A DNA stretch of 64,000 nt from an uncultured Spirochaetota bacterium (lineage in GTDB: Bacteria; Spirochaetota; Spirochaetia; SZUA-6; Fen-1364). The notes beneath the pieces were generated by a model, which ran no database searches, was not told where the DNA came from, and saw only the letters and a program-made list of their open reading frames with translations. The translations under genes were made by a program, and so were the position numbers. This document shows, piece after piece, positions 9,943-19,767 of the stretch (positions within the stretch are counted from its first letter, which is position 1; every line of letters starts with the position of its first letter). The stretch covers positions 992,001 to 1,056,000 of the forward strand of contig CAWAHW010000002.1 of assembly GCA_963781885.1 (NCBI GenBank). The letters run 5' to 3'.

Positions 9943-11148
9943 TTGGTGTTCCGTCGTCCTGAGTGGATCGAAATCGTCATAGCCGGGATCTCCCTGGTCG
10001 TGCTCGCCTATGTCAACCTCCCGGAGGTCAATGCGCGGAGCGCAGGTCTTATGCGCAGCGAGATTCTCGTCGGTAGCTGTCTGACGGCCCTGTGCGTCGT
10101 GGGTGCCTCGACGCTGCAACGCAAGGTGCACCGCGCGGGACTCCTGCTCCTCCATTTTTTCTCTTACATCCTGCTTCTCACCGCGTTGGCAGGATCAAAC
10201 CTGATCGCGGAAATCCTGCTCCTCTTGCTGCTCGAGCTCCACGTTTCGCTGCGTTTGCCCTTGCGGCCGGCCCTCGCGACCAACGGCGTGGTCCTCGCGG
10301 CGACAACGCTGGTGGGGCTCGGAAGCGGCGCCGTGGACCGGGTCGACGTGCTGCTTTTCGGCGCCATCGTCCTCTTTCTCGCCGAGCTCGCCGTGTACTA
10401 CCGCGAGCGCTTGGTCCGCGCCTCAGGCACAGTCGAGCTCCAGAGCCGATCGCTTGAGAACCTTGCGGCGGCAAACCAGTCGTTTGTCGCGCACCTCGAG
10501 AGCGTCGAAGCGGAGAGCGCCGAGCGCGAGCGCCTCCTGATCACTCGGGAGCTGCACGACTGCGTCGGCTATGGCATGACCAACATCGCCATGATGATGA
10601 ACGCGTCTCGATATCTGAAGGACGAGAATCCGGAAAAGCTCGTGGAGTACTGCCAGAAGACCAAAGAGCTCGCCTCGAGCACCCTGCAGGAAACCCGCCA
10701 AATCCTGTACAAGCTCCGCGCCGTCTCGGCGCAGGCCACTCCGGGCGCCCCGCTGTTTTTCGCCCGGCTCTGCCGCGACTTCTCAGAGGCCACCGGCGTC
10801 CGGACGGACTGCCACGTCGGCAACCTGCCCTCATCCGTGAACGAGCGCGTCTTCGGCACGCTGTTCCGGGCCGTCCAGGTGGGCTTCATCAACGCCCTTC
10901 GGCACGGCAGCACCGGACACATCGTTCTTGGTTTCTGGGTCACCGACGCCGAGCTTTGCGTACGGATCTGGAACGACACGCCGCGGGGGCTCTCGGATCC
11001 GGAGGCCGTCGGCGAGGGGATTGGCCTGAAGGGGATCCGGGAGCGCCTCGATCTCGTGAACGGCCGGCTGTCATACGGACCGGTTCCCGACGGCTACCAG
11101 CTTACGATCATGATCCCCCGCGAGGAGACAGGAATTGCCGCCGACTAA
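9943..11148 (+). CDS. NarX/DesK-type membrane sensor histidine kinase (HisKA_3)
   Basis: Multiple N-terminal TMs, 'ERLLITRELHDCVG', 'NALRHG', 'GIGLKGIRERL'. Confidence 0.9.
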   Translation: MVFRRPEWIEIVIAGISLVVLAYVNLPEVNARSAGLMRSEILVGSCLTALCVVGASTLQRKVHRAGLLLLHFFSYILLLTALAGSNLIAEILLLLLLELHVSLRLPLRPALATNGVVLAATTLVGLGSGAVDRVDVLLFGAIVLFLAELAVYYRERLVRASGTVELQSRSLENLAAANQSFVAHLESVEAESAERERLLITRELHDCVGYGMTNIAMMMNASRYLKDENPEKLVEYCQKTKELASSTLQETRQILYKLRAVSAQATPGAPLFFARLCRDFSEATGVRTDCHVGNLPSSVNERVFGTLFRAVQVGFINALRHGSTGHIVLGFWVTDAELCVRIWNDTPRGLSDPEAVGEGIGLKGIRERLDLVNGRLSYGPVPDGYQLTIMIPREETGIAAD

Positions 11149-11824
11149 AGTTTTGATCGTCGACGATCAGCACTTGTTTGCCGAAAGCCTGAAGTTCGTC
11201 CTGCAAGGCGAGAGTCGCGGCAGGATCGAGGTGATCGCCATCGCCGCCAACGGACGGGAGGCGGTCGAGCTGGTGCAGGCGACGACCCCGGATGTCATCC
11301 TTATGGACATCCGCATGCCGGTCATGGATGGAGTCGACGCGACGGCCGCGATACATGAAAGCTGGCCGAACATCAAGATCCTGATCCTCACCACTTTCGA
11401 TGATGACGAGCTCGCGATAAGCGCGCTCTCCCGCGGCGCGACGGGGTATGTCTTGAAGGACGTGGACCCGCCCGACCTCATCCTCTCGATCGAGGCAGTT
11501 CATCGAGGCGCCTTCTTTATCTCTCCCGCAGTCGGGCTGAAACTGGTGGATATCATGAAACCGGACGGTGGGGGCGCCGCCAAGGAGAGAGAAGAGCTCG
11601 TCCTCAGCCTCATGCGAGATGTGCCTTCGCTCACCCGGCGGGAGGCTGAGATCCTCTACCTCGCCGCGAAGGCACGCGCCAACAAGAGTATCGGCGACGA
11701 GCTCTTTATTTCCGAAAAGACGGTGAAGAACCACCTGAGCTCGATCTACCAGAAACTCTCGATCCACAATCGGCTGCAGCTCATCCACTACGTCGCGTCC
11801 GCCAAAACCCGCGGGCCCCGATGA
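11135..11824 (+). CDS. NarL/LuxR-family response regulator
   Basis: 'LIVDDQ', 'LMDIRMP', 'LTRREAEIL...LFISEKTVKNHLSSIYQKL'. Confidence 0.93.
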   Translation: MPPTKVLIVDDQHLFAESLKFVLQGESRGRIEVIAIAANGREAVELVQATTPDVILMDIRMPVMDGVDATAAIHESWPNIKILILTTFDDDELAISALSRGATGYVLKDVDPPDLILSIEAVHRGAFFISPAVGLKLVDIMKPDGGGAAKEREELVLSLMRDVPSLTRREAEILYLAAKARANKSIGDELFISEKTVKNHLSSIYQKLSIHNRLQLIHYVASAKTRGPR

Positions 11825-11897
11825 GCGGCGGCGAGCAACCAGAGAGTCCCGCGAAAGTCCCAGGGAACGGCTCCTGGCACGCCTTTCTGGGTCCTTT

Positions 11898-12932
11898 TTG
11901 GGACGCATGTCCTATGGAGCCGGATCGAAGCGGCCGATAGACTGGCGACTGGTGAAGACAACGCTTTTCATCTCGCCCGTTCGCACTCCGTCCCTCGGAC
12001 GCCGGTCGTTTCTCAAGGAGCTCGCGCGCCAGCGGTACCTCATGATCCTGGTGCTCCCCGCGGTTCTCTGGATGCTGCTTTTTAACTACGTCCCCATGGG
12101 CGGCCTGATCATTGCCTTCCAGGAGTACGATCCGTTCCTCGGTCCGATCAGAGGCTTTACGCATAGTCGCTGGGTGGGGCTCGCGCACTTCCTTGAAGCC
12201 TTTACGGACAAGTACTTCCTCCACGCGCTCTGGAACACCATTGCGTACAGCCTCCTTCGGCTCGCGTTCGGCTTCCCCATCCCCATCGCGTTCGCCGTCC
12301 TCCTGAACGAGCTTCACGGCCTTCGCTTCAAAAAGTTCGTTCAAACCGTCAGCTATTTGCCGCAGTTCATCTCCTGGGTTTTCGTCACCGCTTTCATCTA
12401 CGTGATCCTGGCGACGGACAACGGGATCGCGAATCGGATGCTCCTCCAGCTCGGCATCATCCAGAAGCCGATCCTGTTTCTCGCCAAGGAATCGACGGTT
12501 CCTCCTCTCATGGTCATCAGCAGCGTCTGGAAGAGCTTTGGGTGGAATTCGATCATCTACATCGCGGCCATCACGGCTGTCGATCCGACGTTGTACGAGG
12601 CCGCGGCAATCGACGGGGCCCGGCGGTGGACCCGGATCTGGTCTATCACGCTCCCTTCGGTGAAGTCCACGATCGTCATCCTCCTGATCTTCAACATCGC
12701 CGGCCTGATCAGCGCCAGTTTCGAGTTCTTTGAGCAGATGTACCTCCTGAGCAACGCCATCATCCACGACGCCACCGAGATCATAGACACCTACACGTAC
12801 CGCATGGGCATCCAGCTTTCGCGGTACTCTTACGCCTCGGCCGTGGGAATGTTCCGCTCGGTTGCGGCCGTGCTGCTTCTCACGATCGCAAACTACGTTT
12901 CGCGACGCCTTACCGGGGAGAGTCTGTACTGA
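11898..12932 (+). CDS. Oligosaccharide ABC transporter permease (LplB-like); exact start uncertain
   Basis: 'FKKFVQTVSYLPQFISWV', 'LYEAAAIDGA', 'IIDTYTYRMGI'. Confidence 0.9.
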   Translation: MGRMSYGAGSKRPIDWRLVKTTLFISPVRTPSLGRRSFLKELARQRYLMILVLPAVLWMLLFNYVPMGGLIIAFQEYDPFLGPIRGFTHSRWVGLAHFLEAFTDKYFLHALWNTIAYSLLRLAFGFPIPIAFAVLLNELHGLRFKKFVQTVSYLPQFISWVFVTAFIYVILATDNGIANRMLLQLGIIQKPILFLAKESTVPPLMVISSVWKSFGWNSIIYIAAITAVDPTLYEAAAIDGARRWTRIWSITLPSVKSTIVILLIFNIAGLISASFEFFEQMYLLSNAIIHDATEIIDTYTYRMGIQLSRYSYASAVGMFRSVAAVLLLTIANYVSRRLTGESLY

Positions 12933-13825
12933 TGACGACCGCGGGGCAAAAACGGCGAGGTCGCGTGCCGCCGGGCGAGTGGGCGTTCCGCGTCGTGAAT
13001 GTCTCCCTGATGCTGTTTGTCATCGCGGCGACATTCTACCCCTTCTATTACGTGATCGTATCTTCTCTGAACGATCCGATCGACCTGCTGCGGGGTCCGA
13101 TCTACCTGCTTCCCCGGAAGTTCTCCTTGGAAAATTTCCGTTATGTGGCAAAGGACCCTCAGGTCATCCGTGCCGCCTATGTCACGGTTGCCCGAACAGT
13201 GATCGGCAGTGTGTGTGGCGTGTTCTTTACTGCGGCATTTGCGTACGGGATCTCCAAGACCAGGCTCGTGGGCCGCCGGTTCATCGTTGGGATGACCTTG
13301 GTGACGATCTACTTTAGCGGCGGACTGATACCGACGTACCTGCTGTTGACGAAGATCCTGGGCTTGTACGGCAACTTCTTGGTCTACATCCTCCCCAACA
13401 TGTTCAACGCCTTCTTTGCGTTCATCATGCTCTCCTTCTTTCGCACCGTCTCGGCCGAGATAGAGGATTCGGCGCGCATGGACGGTGCGAACGACCTGCT
13501 CATATTCATTCGGCTCATTCTTCCACTCTCGACTCCCGTGCTGGCCACCATCGCGCTGTTTTTTGGTGTGGGACACTGGAACTCGTGGTTTGACGCCATG
13601 CTTTATGGCGGGTCAAGGCTTATTACGCTGCAACAGTACCTCGTCAAAGCTATCCAGTCGGTCAACGTCAGTGCCGTGGCGGCGAACTACTCGACCACGG
13701 CCGTCTCGGCACAGTCTCTTCGGTTGGCCACGATGGTGATCACGACATTCCCCATCGTTGTCACCTACCCGTTTCTCCAGCGGTATTTCGTCAAGGGAGT
13801 GATGATCGGGGCCATCAAGGGATAG
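12932..13825 (+). CDS. Oligosaccharide ABC transporter permease (LplC-like)
   Basis: 'FSGGLIPTY', 'IEDSARMDGAN', 'YPFLQRYFVKGVMIGAIKG'. Confidence 0.93.
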   Translation: MTTAGQKRRGRVPPGEWAFRVVNVSLMLFVIAATFYPFYYVIVSSLNDPIDLLRGPIYLLPRKFSLENFRYVAKDPQVIRAAYVTVARTVIGSVCGVFFTAAFAYGISKTRLVGRRFIVGMTLVTIYFSGGLIPTYLLLTKILGLYGNFLVYILPNMFNAFFAFIMLSFFRTVSAEIEDSARMDGANDLLIFIRLILPLSTPVLATIALFFGVGHWNSWFDAMLYGGSRLITLQQYLVKAIQSVNVSAVAANYSTTAVSAQSLRLATMVITTFPIVVTYPFLQRYFVKGVMIGAIKG

Positions 13826-13887
13826 TGCTTCATCCGGTCGTTGACCGGAACGACACACACGTCGCAAACGCGACAAGGAGGAAATCC

Positions 13888-15576
13888 ATGGCTGTGTACG
13901 TGCGGAAGGTTCTATGTCTGGCGGCCATCGGGCTGCTCATCGCTGCGGCCGGATTTGCAAGCGGCAAGGCCGAAACGGGGGGCACGGCCGCCGCAGGCGC
14001 CACGGCCGCCGCGCCCGCGGGAGCGTTGTCCTGGAAGCAGGACACGTCTCCATTCACCTTCGACCTGTTTTTCTACGGAGCCTGGGGTACGGCCTACCCT
14101 TGGAAGGGCAGTTACGTGGAGAAGCTCATCGAAGGCAAGACGGGTGTCCACCCGAACATCATCGTGCCGACCGGTGACGAGAAGGAGTACCTGTCCGTGC
14201 TCGTCGCCTCAGGAAAGTTCCCCGACGCGATGATCCTGGAGCTGATCAGCCCTACCTTGAAACGGTTGATCGAGACCGGTAACGTCTACCCCATCAAGGA
14301 TCTCACGGACAAGTACGCGCCGGAGTTCTGGGACGCGATCCCGCAAGAGATCAAGTCCTATCACGCAGCGGCGGACGGCAAACTCTATGTGGTCCCCTCG
14401 TTCTTTACCTCCAAAGAGGAATGGCAGCAGAGCCCGGAGAAGGATGTCGTCCGGCCTTTCTTCATTCAAAAAGGGATCTACGAGGCTCTCGGTAAGCCCT
14501 CAACTGACACGCCGGACAAGCTCTTTGCGGTCCTGCAGACGATCAAGCAGAAGTACCCGGATCGCAAACCCTTCAGCATCGAGCCACCTCTGGATGTCAA
14601 CCAATGGGGGTTCGTAGGCTCCTTCACGCTGCAGTACCTGCTTGGCGCCTACGCACCGGAGACCTTTGGAACAACTGGCACAAGAAGCTACTACTTGGAC
14701 GGAAATACAATCAAGCTCGTCTTTCAGTCTCCCGGCATGGTGGAGAGCCTTCGATTCCTGAACCGGCTCTACCGGGCCGGCATCCTGAGCGTCGACAACC
14801 TGACGGAGCAACAAGGGCCCTGGGCAGACGAGGTCAACTCCGGGATTTACGGGGTGGTCACCCGCTACCCGATCGATATCTTCAAGACTCACAACCCGCA
14901 GATCCTGAAGGTCACCGGTGATCCGGGCCGCACGTATGTCCCTCTCGAGTATTTGAAGATCAACGGAAAAGATCCGCAGTACTCAGAGGGGTCACGTTCA
15001 CCGGGGTGGGTTGGCTCAGTGGTGATGAAGTCGGCAAAGAACCCGGGGAGGATCATCCGGTATTTTGAATACAGCTGGTCTCAAGAGGGGCAGATGGATA
15101 ACCTCTTCGGCAAGCTCGGCGAGACTTATCAAATGGTCAACGGAGTGCCCAAGTACCTTCCCAGCATCCTTGAGGAGCAGGCCACGGGCGGCGACGCCTT
15201 CTGGGACAAGTACGGCTTCGAACGCCGCTTGATGATGTGGCGGTCGGTGCCCGCGACGTACCAGAAGCTCGCCATCGCGCCCCAGGCGTACTCCGATTAC
15301 CTGATGGCCACTGGAAAATACGCCAAGGACGTCTGGAACCTCGGTCTCGACAACCTGGACCCGGACCCCGCGTCCCCGGAAGGCGTGGCGCTGCAGCGGA
15401 TGAAAGACGTGTGGAACAGGACCATGGCAAAGATGATCATTGCCGATTCGGACGCCGTGTTCACCGACACGTATAACGCCGGCATCAAGGAAATCACCGA
15501 TGCAGGACTGTCCAACGTCCAGAAAGTACTGTGGGACCGGCACCTCGCCGATCTCAAGCGCAAGCAAGGAAACTAG
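13888..15576 (+). CDS. Oligosaccharide ABC transporter substrate-binding protein (LplA-like)
   Basis: AAGGAGG RBS, leader ending 'FASGKAE', 'ASGKFPD', 'DGKLYVVP'. Confidence 0.9.
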   Translation: MAVYVRKVLCLAAIGLLIAAAGFASGKAETGGTAAAGATAAAPAGALSWKQDTSPFTFDLFFYGAWGTAYPWKGSYVEKLIEGKTGVHPNIIVPTGDEKEYLSVLVASGKFPDAMILELISPTLKRLIETGNVYPIKDLTDKYAPEFWDAIPQEIKSYHAAADGKLYVVPSFFTSKEEWQQSPEKDVVRPFFIQKGIYEALGKPSTDTPDKLFAVLQTIKQKYPDRKPFSIEPPLDVNQWGFVGSFTLQYLLGAYAPETFGTTGTRSYYLDGNTIKLVFQSPGMVESLRFLNRLYRAGILSVDNLTEQQGPWADEVNSGIYGVVTRYPIDIFKTHNPQILKVTGDPGRTYVPLEYLKINGKDPQYSEGSRSPGWVGSVVMKSAKNPGRIIRYFEYSWSQEGQMDNLFGKLGETYQMVNGVPKYLPSILEEQATGGDAFWDKYGFERRLMMWRSVPATYQKLAIAPQAYSDYLMATGKYAKDVWNLGLDNLDPDPASPEGVALQRMKDVWNRTMAKMIIADSDAVFTDTYNAGIKEITDAGLSNVQKVLWDRHLADLKRKQGN

Positions 15577-15603
15577 CGGGTCGAGTTCTGGTCTTCTGTC
15601 GTC

Positions 15604-15632
15604 CGGGGTGCCTGCGACTCGCGGGCACCCCG
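15604..15632 (+). terminator. GC-rich stem-loop after the binding-protein gene
   Basis: CGGGGTGCCTGCG-ACT-CGCGGGCACCCCG; no U-tract, so possibly an mRNA-stabilising hairpin. Confidence 0.5.
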
Positions 15633-15750
15633 ATGCTCAACAGAAGCCATGAGGCCCGATAAGAGTTGCGCGAAAGCGGTCAACGTGCCGGAAGGGGAGG
15701 GCGGGCTGGACAAGACCATTCCGGTGTGCATCATGGCGGAGTTCTAGACG

Positions 15751-18153
15751 ATGAAGAATCCACAGGTGCCTTCCAAGGAACATCCCTTTCACCTCCGTTA
15801 CGGCAATCAGGCCGACATCTGGAACGACGCGTTGCCGATGGGAAACGGCAGGCTTGGCGCCATGGTGTATGGCCACGTCGGCGTGGAGCGAATTCAGCTG
15901 AATGACGATTCGTTGTGGTACGGTTCGTTCCACGACCGCAACAACCCCTCGCTCAGGGAAAGGCTGCCGGAGATCCGGCGGCTCGTGCTCTCTGGTGACA
16001 TCCACCATGCCGAGGAGCTCATTCTGCAGCACATGGTCGGTGCGCCGTATGGCATGCGCCACTACTGTCCGCTGGGAGAGCTGGACATCGCGCTGAACAG
16101 GCATCTGCCCTTTGCGTTCGGCTGGACGCCGAACAGCGACGATGTCACGGACTATTCCTCCGACCTCGATCTGATGACCGGCGTGCTCACCATCATCCAT
16201 ACGCAGGCGGGCGTCCGTTACCGGAGAGAGACGTTCATCAGCCACCCCGCGCAGGTACTGTGCATCCGCGTTGTGAGCGACGCGCCGGGGGCGATCAACC
16301 TGGACGTCATGATGAATCGCTGCGTCGTGCCCAGCGAAACGAGCACGGACGAACGGAGACCGGGGAGAAGGGTCAGCACGGGCGGCTGGCCGGCGGCAAT
16401 CCTGGATTCGGTCCGAACCGTGGATGACGCCACGATCCTCATGCGCGGCCACGATGCCGAGGTGGAGTTCGCCGCAGCCGTGAAAATCGTGTGCGACGGC
16501 GAGGTGCGAAACCCCGTCTCGCAGCTGCTCGCCCGGGATTGTCGGGAGGTCGTGCTCTACCTGGCCTCCTCGACGTCCAACCGGGCCGACAACCCCGTCG
16601 CGGAAGTGCTCCTGCGGTTGGATGCGGCGGAGAAAAAGGGCTTCCCGGCGTTGAGGGAGGAACATGTCCAGGATTTCTCGGCGCTGATGGGCCGATGCGT
16701 CCTGGATCTGGGCCCGTCGCCGGATAGAGCCACCAATGAAAGGATCGAGGCGGTCCGTGCAGGCGGCAGCGACCCCGCACTGGCGGCATTGTATTTTCAA
16801 TTCGGCCGCTACCTCATCGTCTCCGGCGGGCGTGCGGACAGCGCGCCGCTGAACCTGCAGGGCATATGGAACGCCGATTTCATACCGATGTGGGACAGCA
16901 AGTACACGGTCAACATCAACCTGCAGATGAACTACTGGCCCGTCGAGATTTGCAACCTTTCCGAGCTGCACATGCCCGTCATGGAGCTGTTAGGGAGGAT
17001 GCAGGAAAAGGGCAGGGAAACGGCCCGCGTCATGTACGGTATGCGCGGCATGGTCTGCCATCACAACACCGACTTCTACGGCGACTGCGCGCCGCAGGAC
17101 CTGTACATGGCCGCGACGCCCTGGACGACCGGCGGGGCATGGATGGGGCTGCACATCTGGGAGCACTACCTGTTTACAAAAGATGTGGAGTTCCTCGCCA
17201 GCATGTACCCCGTGCTGCGCGATCTGGCCCTCTTCTTCGTGGATTTCCTCGTGGAAGCAGACGGGAAGCTCGTGACGTGCCCGTCGGTGTCACCAGAGAA
17301 CCGCTACATCTTGCCCGACGGATATGACACTCCCATCTGCGCCGGCCCGGCGATGGACAACCAGATCCTGCGCGAGCTTTTCGCCGCATGCGTCGAGTCG
17401 CAGCGTCTGCTCGACGTGGACCAGGAGCTTTGCGGGACGTTCGCGGGCATTGCGGCCCGCCTGCCGGCGAACAGAGTCGGTTCGAAGGGACAGCTGCTCG
17501 AATGGGACAAGGAGTATCCCGAGCTTACCCCGGGCATGGGCCACATTTCCCACCTGTTTGCTTGCTACCCCGGCCATGGGATCAACTGGCGCGACACGCC
17601 GGAACTGTTGAGGGCCGTCAGGAAGTCGATGGATTTGCGCGTCAGCCACGGTGCGGGCGGGAGCGGCTGGCCGTTGGCGTGGTACATAAACGTGTACGCG
17701 CGGCTGCGGGACGGCGAGATGACGGACCAGTGCATCCGGAGGATGCTCACGAACTCCTCGGCGCGCAACCTGCTCAATGCCATGCACGTCTTCCAGATAG
17801 ACGGCAATCTTGGGGCAACGGCGGGCGTGGCGGAGTGCCTGCTGCAGAGTCATATCGCTCTGCACTTCCTGCCGGCGCTGCCCTCGTCATGGAGGGACGG
17901 CAGTGTCAGGGGACTGCGCGCCCGTGGAGCGCGCGAGGTTGACATGACGTGGCGGGACGGGAAGCTTGCGGAGGCTGTCGTCCGGCCCCAATTCGACGGA
18001 CCGATCGAGGTGATCGGCGACGTGCTGATGGTGACGTGCGGTGGTTCGCTTGTCACGGTGATGAAAACCGGTATCGGATTCGCGTTTACCGGGGAGGGCG
18101 GCAAGTCCTACAGGCTCGCGCCGCCCGCCTTGGCGCAAGGAGCGACAGCATGA
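15751..18153 (+). CDS. Glycoside hydrolase family 95 (alpha-L-fucosidase / alpha-L-galactosidase-like)
   Basis: 'WNDALPMGNGRLGAMVYG', 'YFQFGRYL', 'WDSKYTVNINLQMNYW', 'FQIDGNLG'. Confidence 0.93.
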   Translation: MKNPQVPSKEHPFHLRYGNQADIWNDALPMGNGRLGAMVYGHVGVERIQLNDDSLWYGSFHDRNNPSLRERLPEIRRLVLSGDIHHAEELILQHMVGAPYGMRHYCPLGELDIALNRHLPFAFGWTPNSDDVTDYSSDLDLMTGVLTIIHTQAGVRYRRETFISHPAQVLCIRVVSDAPGAINLDVMMNRCVVPSETSTDERRPGRRVSTGGWPAAILDSVRTVDDATILMRGHDAEVEFAAAVKIVCDGEVRNPVSQLLARDCREVVLYLASSTSNRADNPVAEVLLRLDAAEKKGFPALREEHVQDFSALMGRCVLDLGPSPDRATNERIEAVRAGGSDPALAALYFQFGRYLIVSGGRADSAPLNLQGIWNADFIPMWDSKYTVNINLQMNYWPVEICNLSELHMPVMELLGRMQEKGRETARVMYGMRGMVCHHNTDFYGDCAPQDLYMAATPWTTGGAWMGLHIWEHYLFTKDVEFLASMYPVLRDLALFFVDFLVEADGKLVTCPSVSPENRYILPDGYDTPICAGPAMDNQILRELFAACVESQRLLDVDQELCGTFAGIAARLPANRVGSKGQLLEWDKEYPELTPGMGHISHLFACYPGHGINWRDTPELLRAVRKSMDLRVSHGAGGSGWPLAWYINVYARLRDGEMTDQCIRRMLTNSSARNLLNAMHVFQIDGNLGATAGVAECLLQSHIALHFLPALPSSWRDGSVRGLRARGAREVDMTWRDGKLAEAVVRPQFDGPIEVIGDVLMVTCGGSLVTVMKTGIGFAFTGEGGKSYRLAPPALAQGATA

Positions 18154-19604
18154 AGATCGACATTTCCTCCGACAGGCCAATCGGGAAGGTGAAGCACTAC
18201 TGGACGAGATGCGTGGGCAGCTGCCATGCCGCGACAGCGCTCCGAGAGGACTGGCGCAGGCAGCTGAAAACGTGCCGGGAGGAGTTCGGCTTCGAATACG
18301 TCCGTTTCCACGGGCTGCTCGACGATGACATGAGCGTCTGCGTGCGAACGGCGAAAGGCTCCATCGAGCATTCGTTCTTCAACGTGGATTCCATATTCGA
18401 CTTCCTGCTGGACATCGGAATGAAGCCATTCATCGAGCTGAGCTTCATGCCGAGCGTCCTGGCCTCCGGTTCGAAAACTGTCTTCCACTACCGGGGCAAC
18501 ATCACCCCGCCGACATCCTACGATGAATGGGGGAATTTGATCGGCGCGCTGGCCGGTCACCTGGTCCGGCGGTATGGCGCCGACGAGGTGCGGAAGTGGT
18601 TCTTCGAAGTGTGGAATGAGCCGAACCTGGACATCTTCTGGGCGGGAACACAGCAGGAGTACTTCCTCCTTTATCAGAGCGCAGCGAGGGCGATCAAGAA
18701 CATCGACGGCCAGTTGGCGGTCGGAGGGCCATCGACGGCGATAGATGCCTGGATACCGGAGTTGAGGGAGTTCTGCGACAGGCAGGGCATCCCCCTCGAC
18801 TTCATCTCAACGCATCATTATCCAACGGATGCGTCGTATGGGCTGGGCCTGGACATGGAAGAGCAGATGGCCCGTTCGGCGCGCGGCGTCTTGCATGCCA
18901 GGGTCAAGAAAGCCTTGGGGGAGGCCGGCCCGATCCCGCTGTACTACACCGAATGGAACTGCTCGCCGAGCCCGCGCGACCCCCACCATGATATGCCGTA
19001 CAACGCGGCGTTCATCGTGAAGACTATCGGGGACAATCTGGGGCTGCTGGACTGCTATTCTTACTGGACATTCTCCGACATCTTCGAAGAAAGCGGCTTC
19101 AGCTCGGTCCCGTTCCACGGCGGCTTCGGCCTTCTGAACATCCACGGGATACCGAAGCCCTCGTACCGGGCGTTCCAGTTGCTGTCGCGGCTGAACGGCG
19201 AACGGCTGGGGGTCGAGGTCGACCGGGTCAGCCCGACAGTGGACTGCGTCGCTTCTCGTACGCGGGAAGGCCTGACCATCCTGATCTCGAATCATCACAT
19301 ACCGAAGTCGCCGATCCAGGCGGAACGCATACACCTGCGCGTCTCCGGCATCAAGCAAGTCCGTTCGGCCTCTCTCGAGCGGATCGACGAGGAGCATGCC
19401 AATCCCAGAAAGGCGTGGGTGGAGATGGGAAGCCCGACCTACCTGGACCGCGGGCAGATTCAGGCGCTGAAGAGCGCTTCAGAATTGCATCGGGAGGACG
19501 TCGATTGGAATACCGATGAGAGGGGGGGCTCGATCGACCTGCTGATCCAGCCCCATTCCGTTGTACTGGTTTCGCTCGTCTTCCACACACCCACTGCCTC
19601 CTGA
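18150..19604 (+). CDS. Glycoside hydrolase family 39 (beta-xylosidase-like)
   Basis: 'YVRFHGLL', acid/base 'FEVWNEPN', nucleophile 'YTEW', 'SYWTFSDIFEE'; ATGA overlap with GH95 stop. Confidence 0.92.
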   Translation: MKIDISSDRPIGKVKHYWTRCVGSCHAATALREDWRRQLKTCREEFGFEYVRFHGLLDDDMSVCVRTAKGSIEHSFFNVDSIFDFLLDIGMKPFIELSFMPSVLASGSKTVFHYRGNITPPTSYDEWGNLIGALAGHLVRRYGADEVRKWFFEVWNEPNLDIFWAGTQQEYFLLYQSAARAIKNIDGQLAVGGPSTAIDAWIPELREFCDRQGIPLDFISTHHYPTDASYGLGLDMEEQMARSARGVLHARVKKALGEAGPIPLYYTEWNCSPSPRDPHHDMPYNAAFIVKTIGDNLGLLDCYSYWTFSDIFEESGFSSVPFHGGFGLLNIHGIPKPSYRAFQLLSRLNGERLGVEVDRVSPTVDCVASRTREGLTILISNHHIPKSPIQAERIHLRVSGIKQVRSASLERIDEEHANPRKAWVEMGSPTYLDRGQIQALKSASELHREDVDWNTDERGGSIDLLIQPHSVVLVSLVFHTPTAS

Positions 19605-19767
19605 ACGGGGAGGTTTCGAGGTGCCCTTCCGGCGGAAACGCGGCAACACCAGAACTCAGATCCGTGCGATAATGGGGTAAACCTGATCAAGGCAAAGCTG
19701 CGTCCCTGCGCGGTCCCTGACCCCTTTTCCTTGCGTTTTGCCGGAGAATGAGGATAATGCATGCACC

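Noticed and set aside
11874-11892. CTGGCACGCCTTTCTG as a sigma54 promoter
   Set aside because: Good -24 element but no GC at -12
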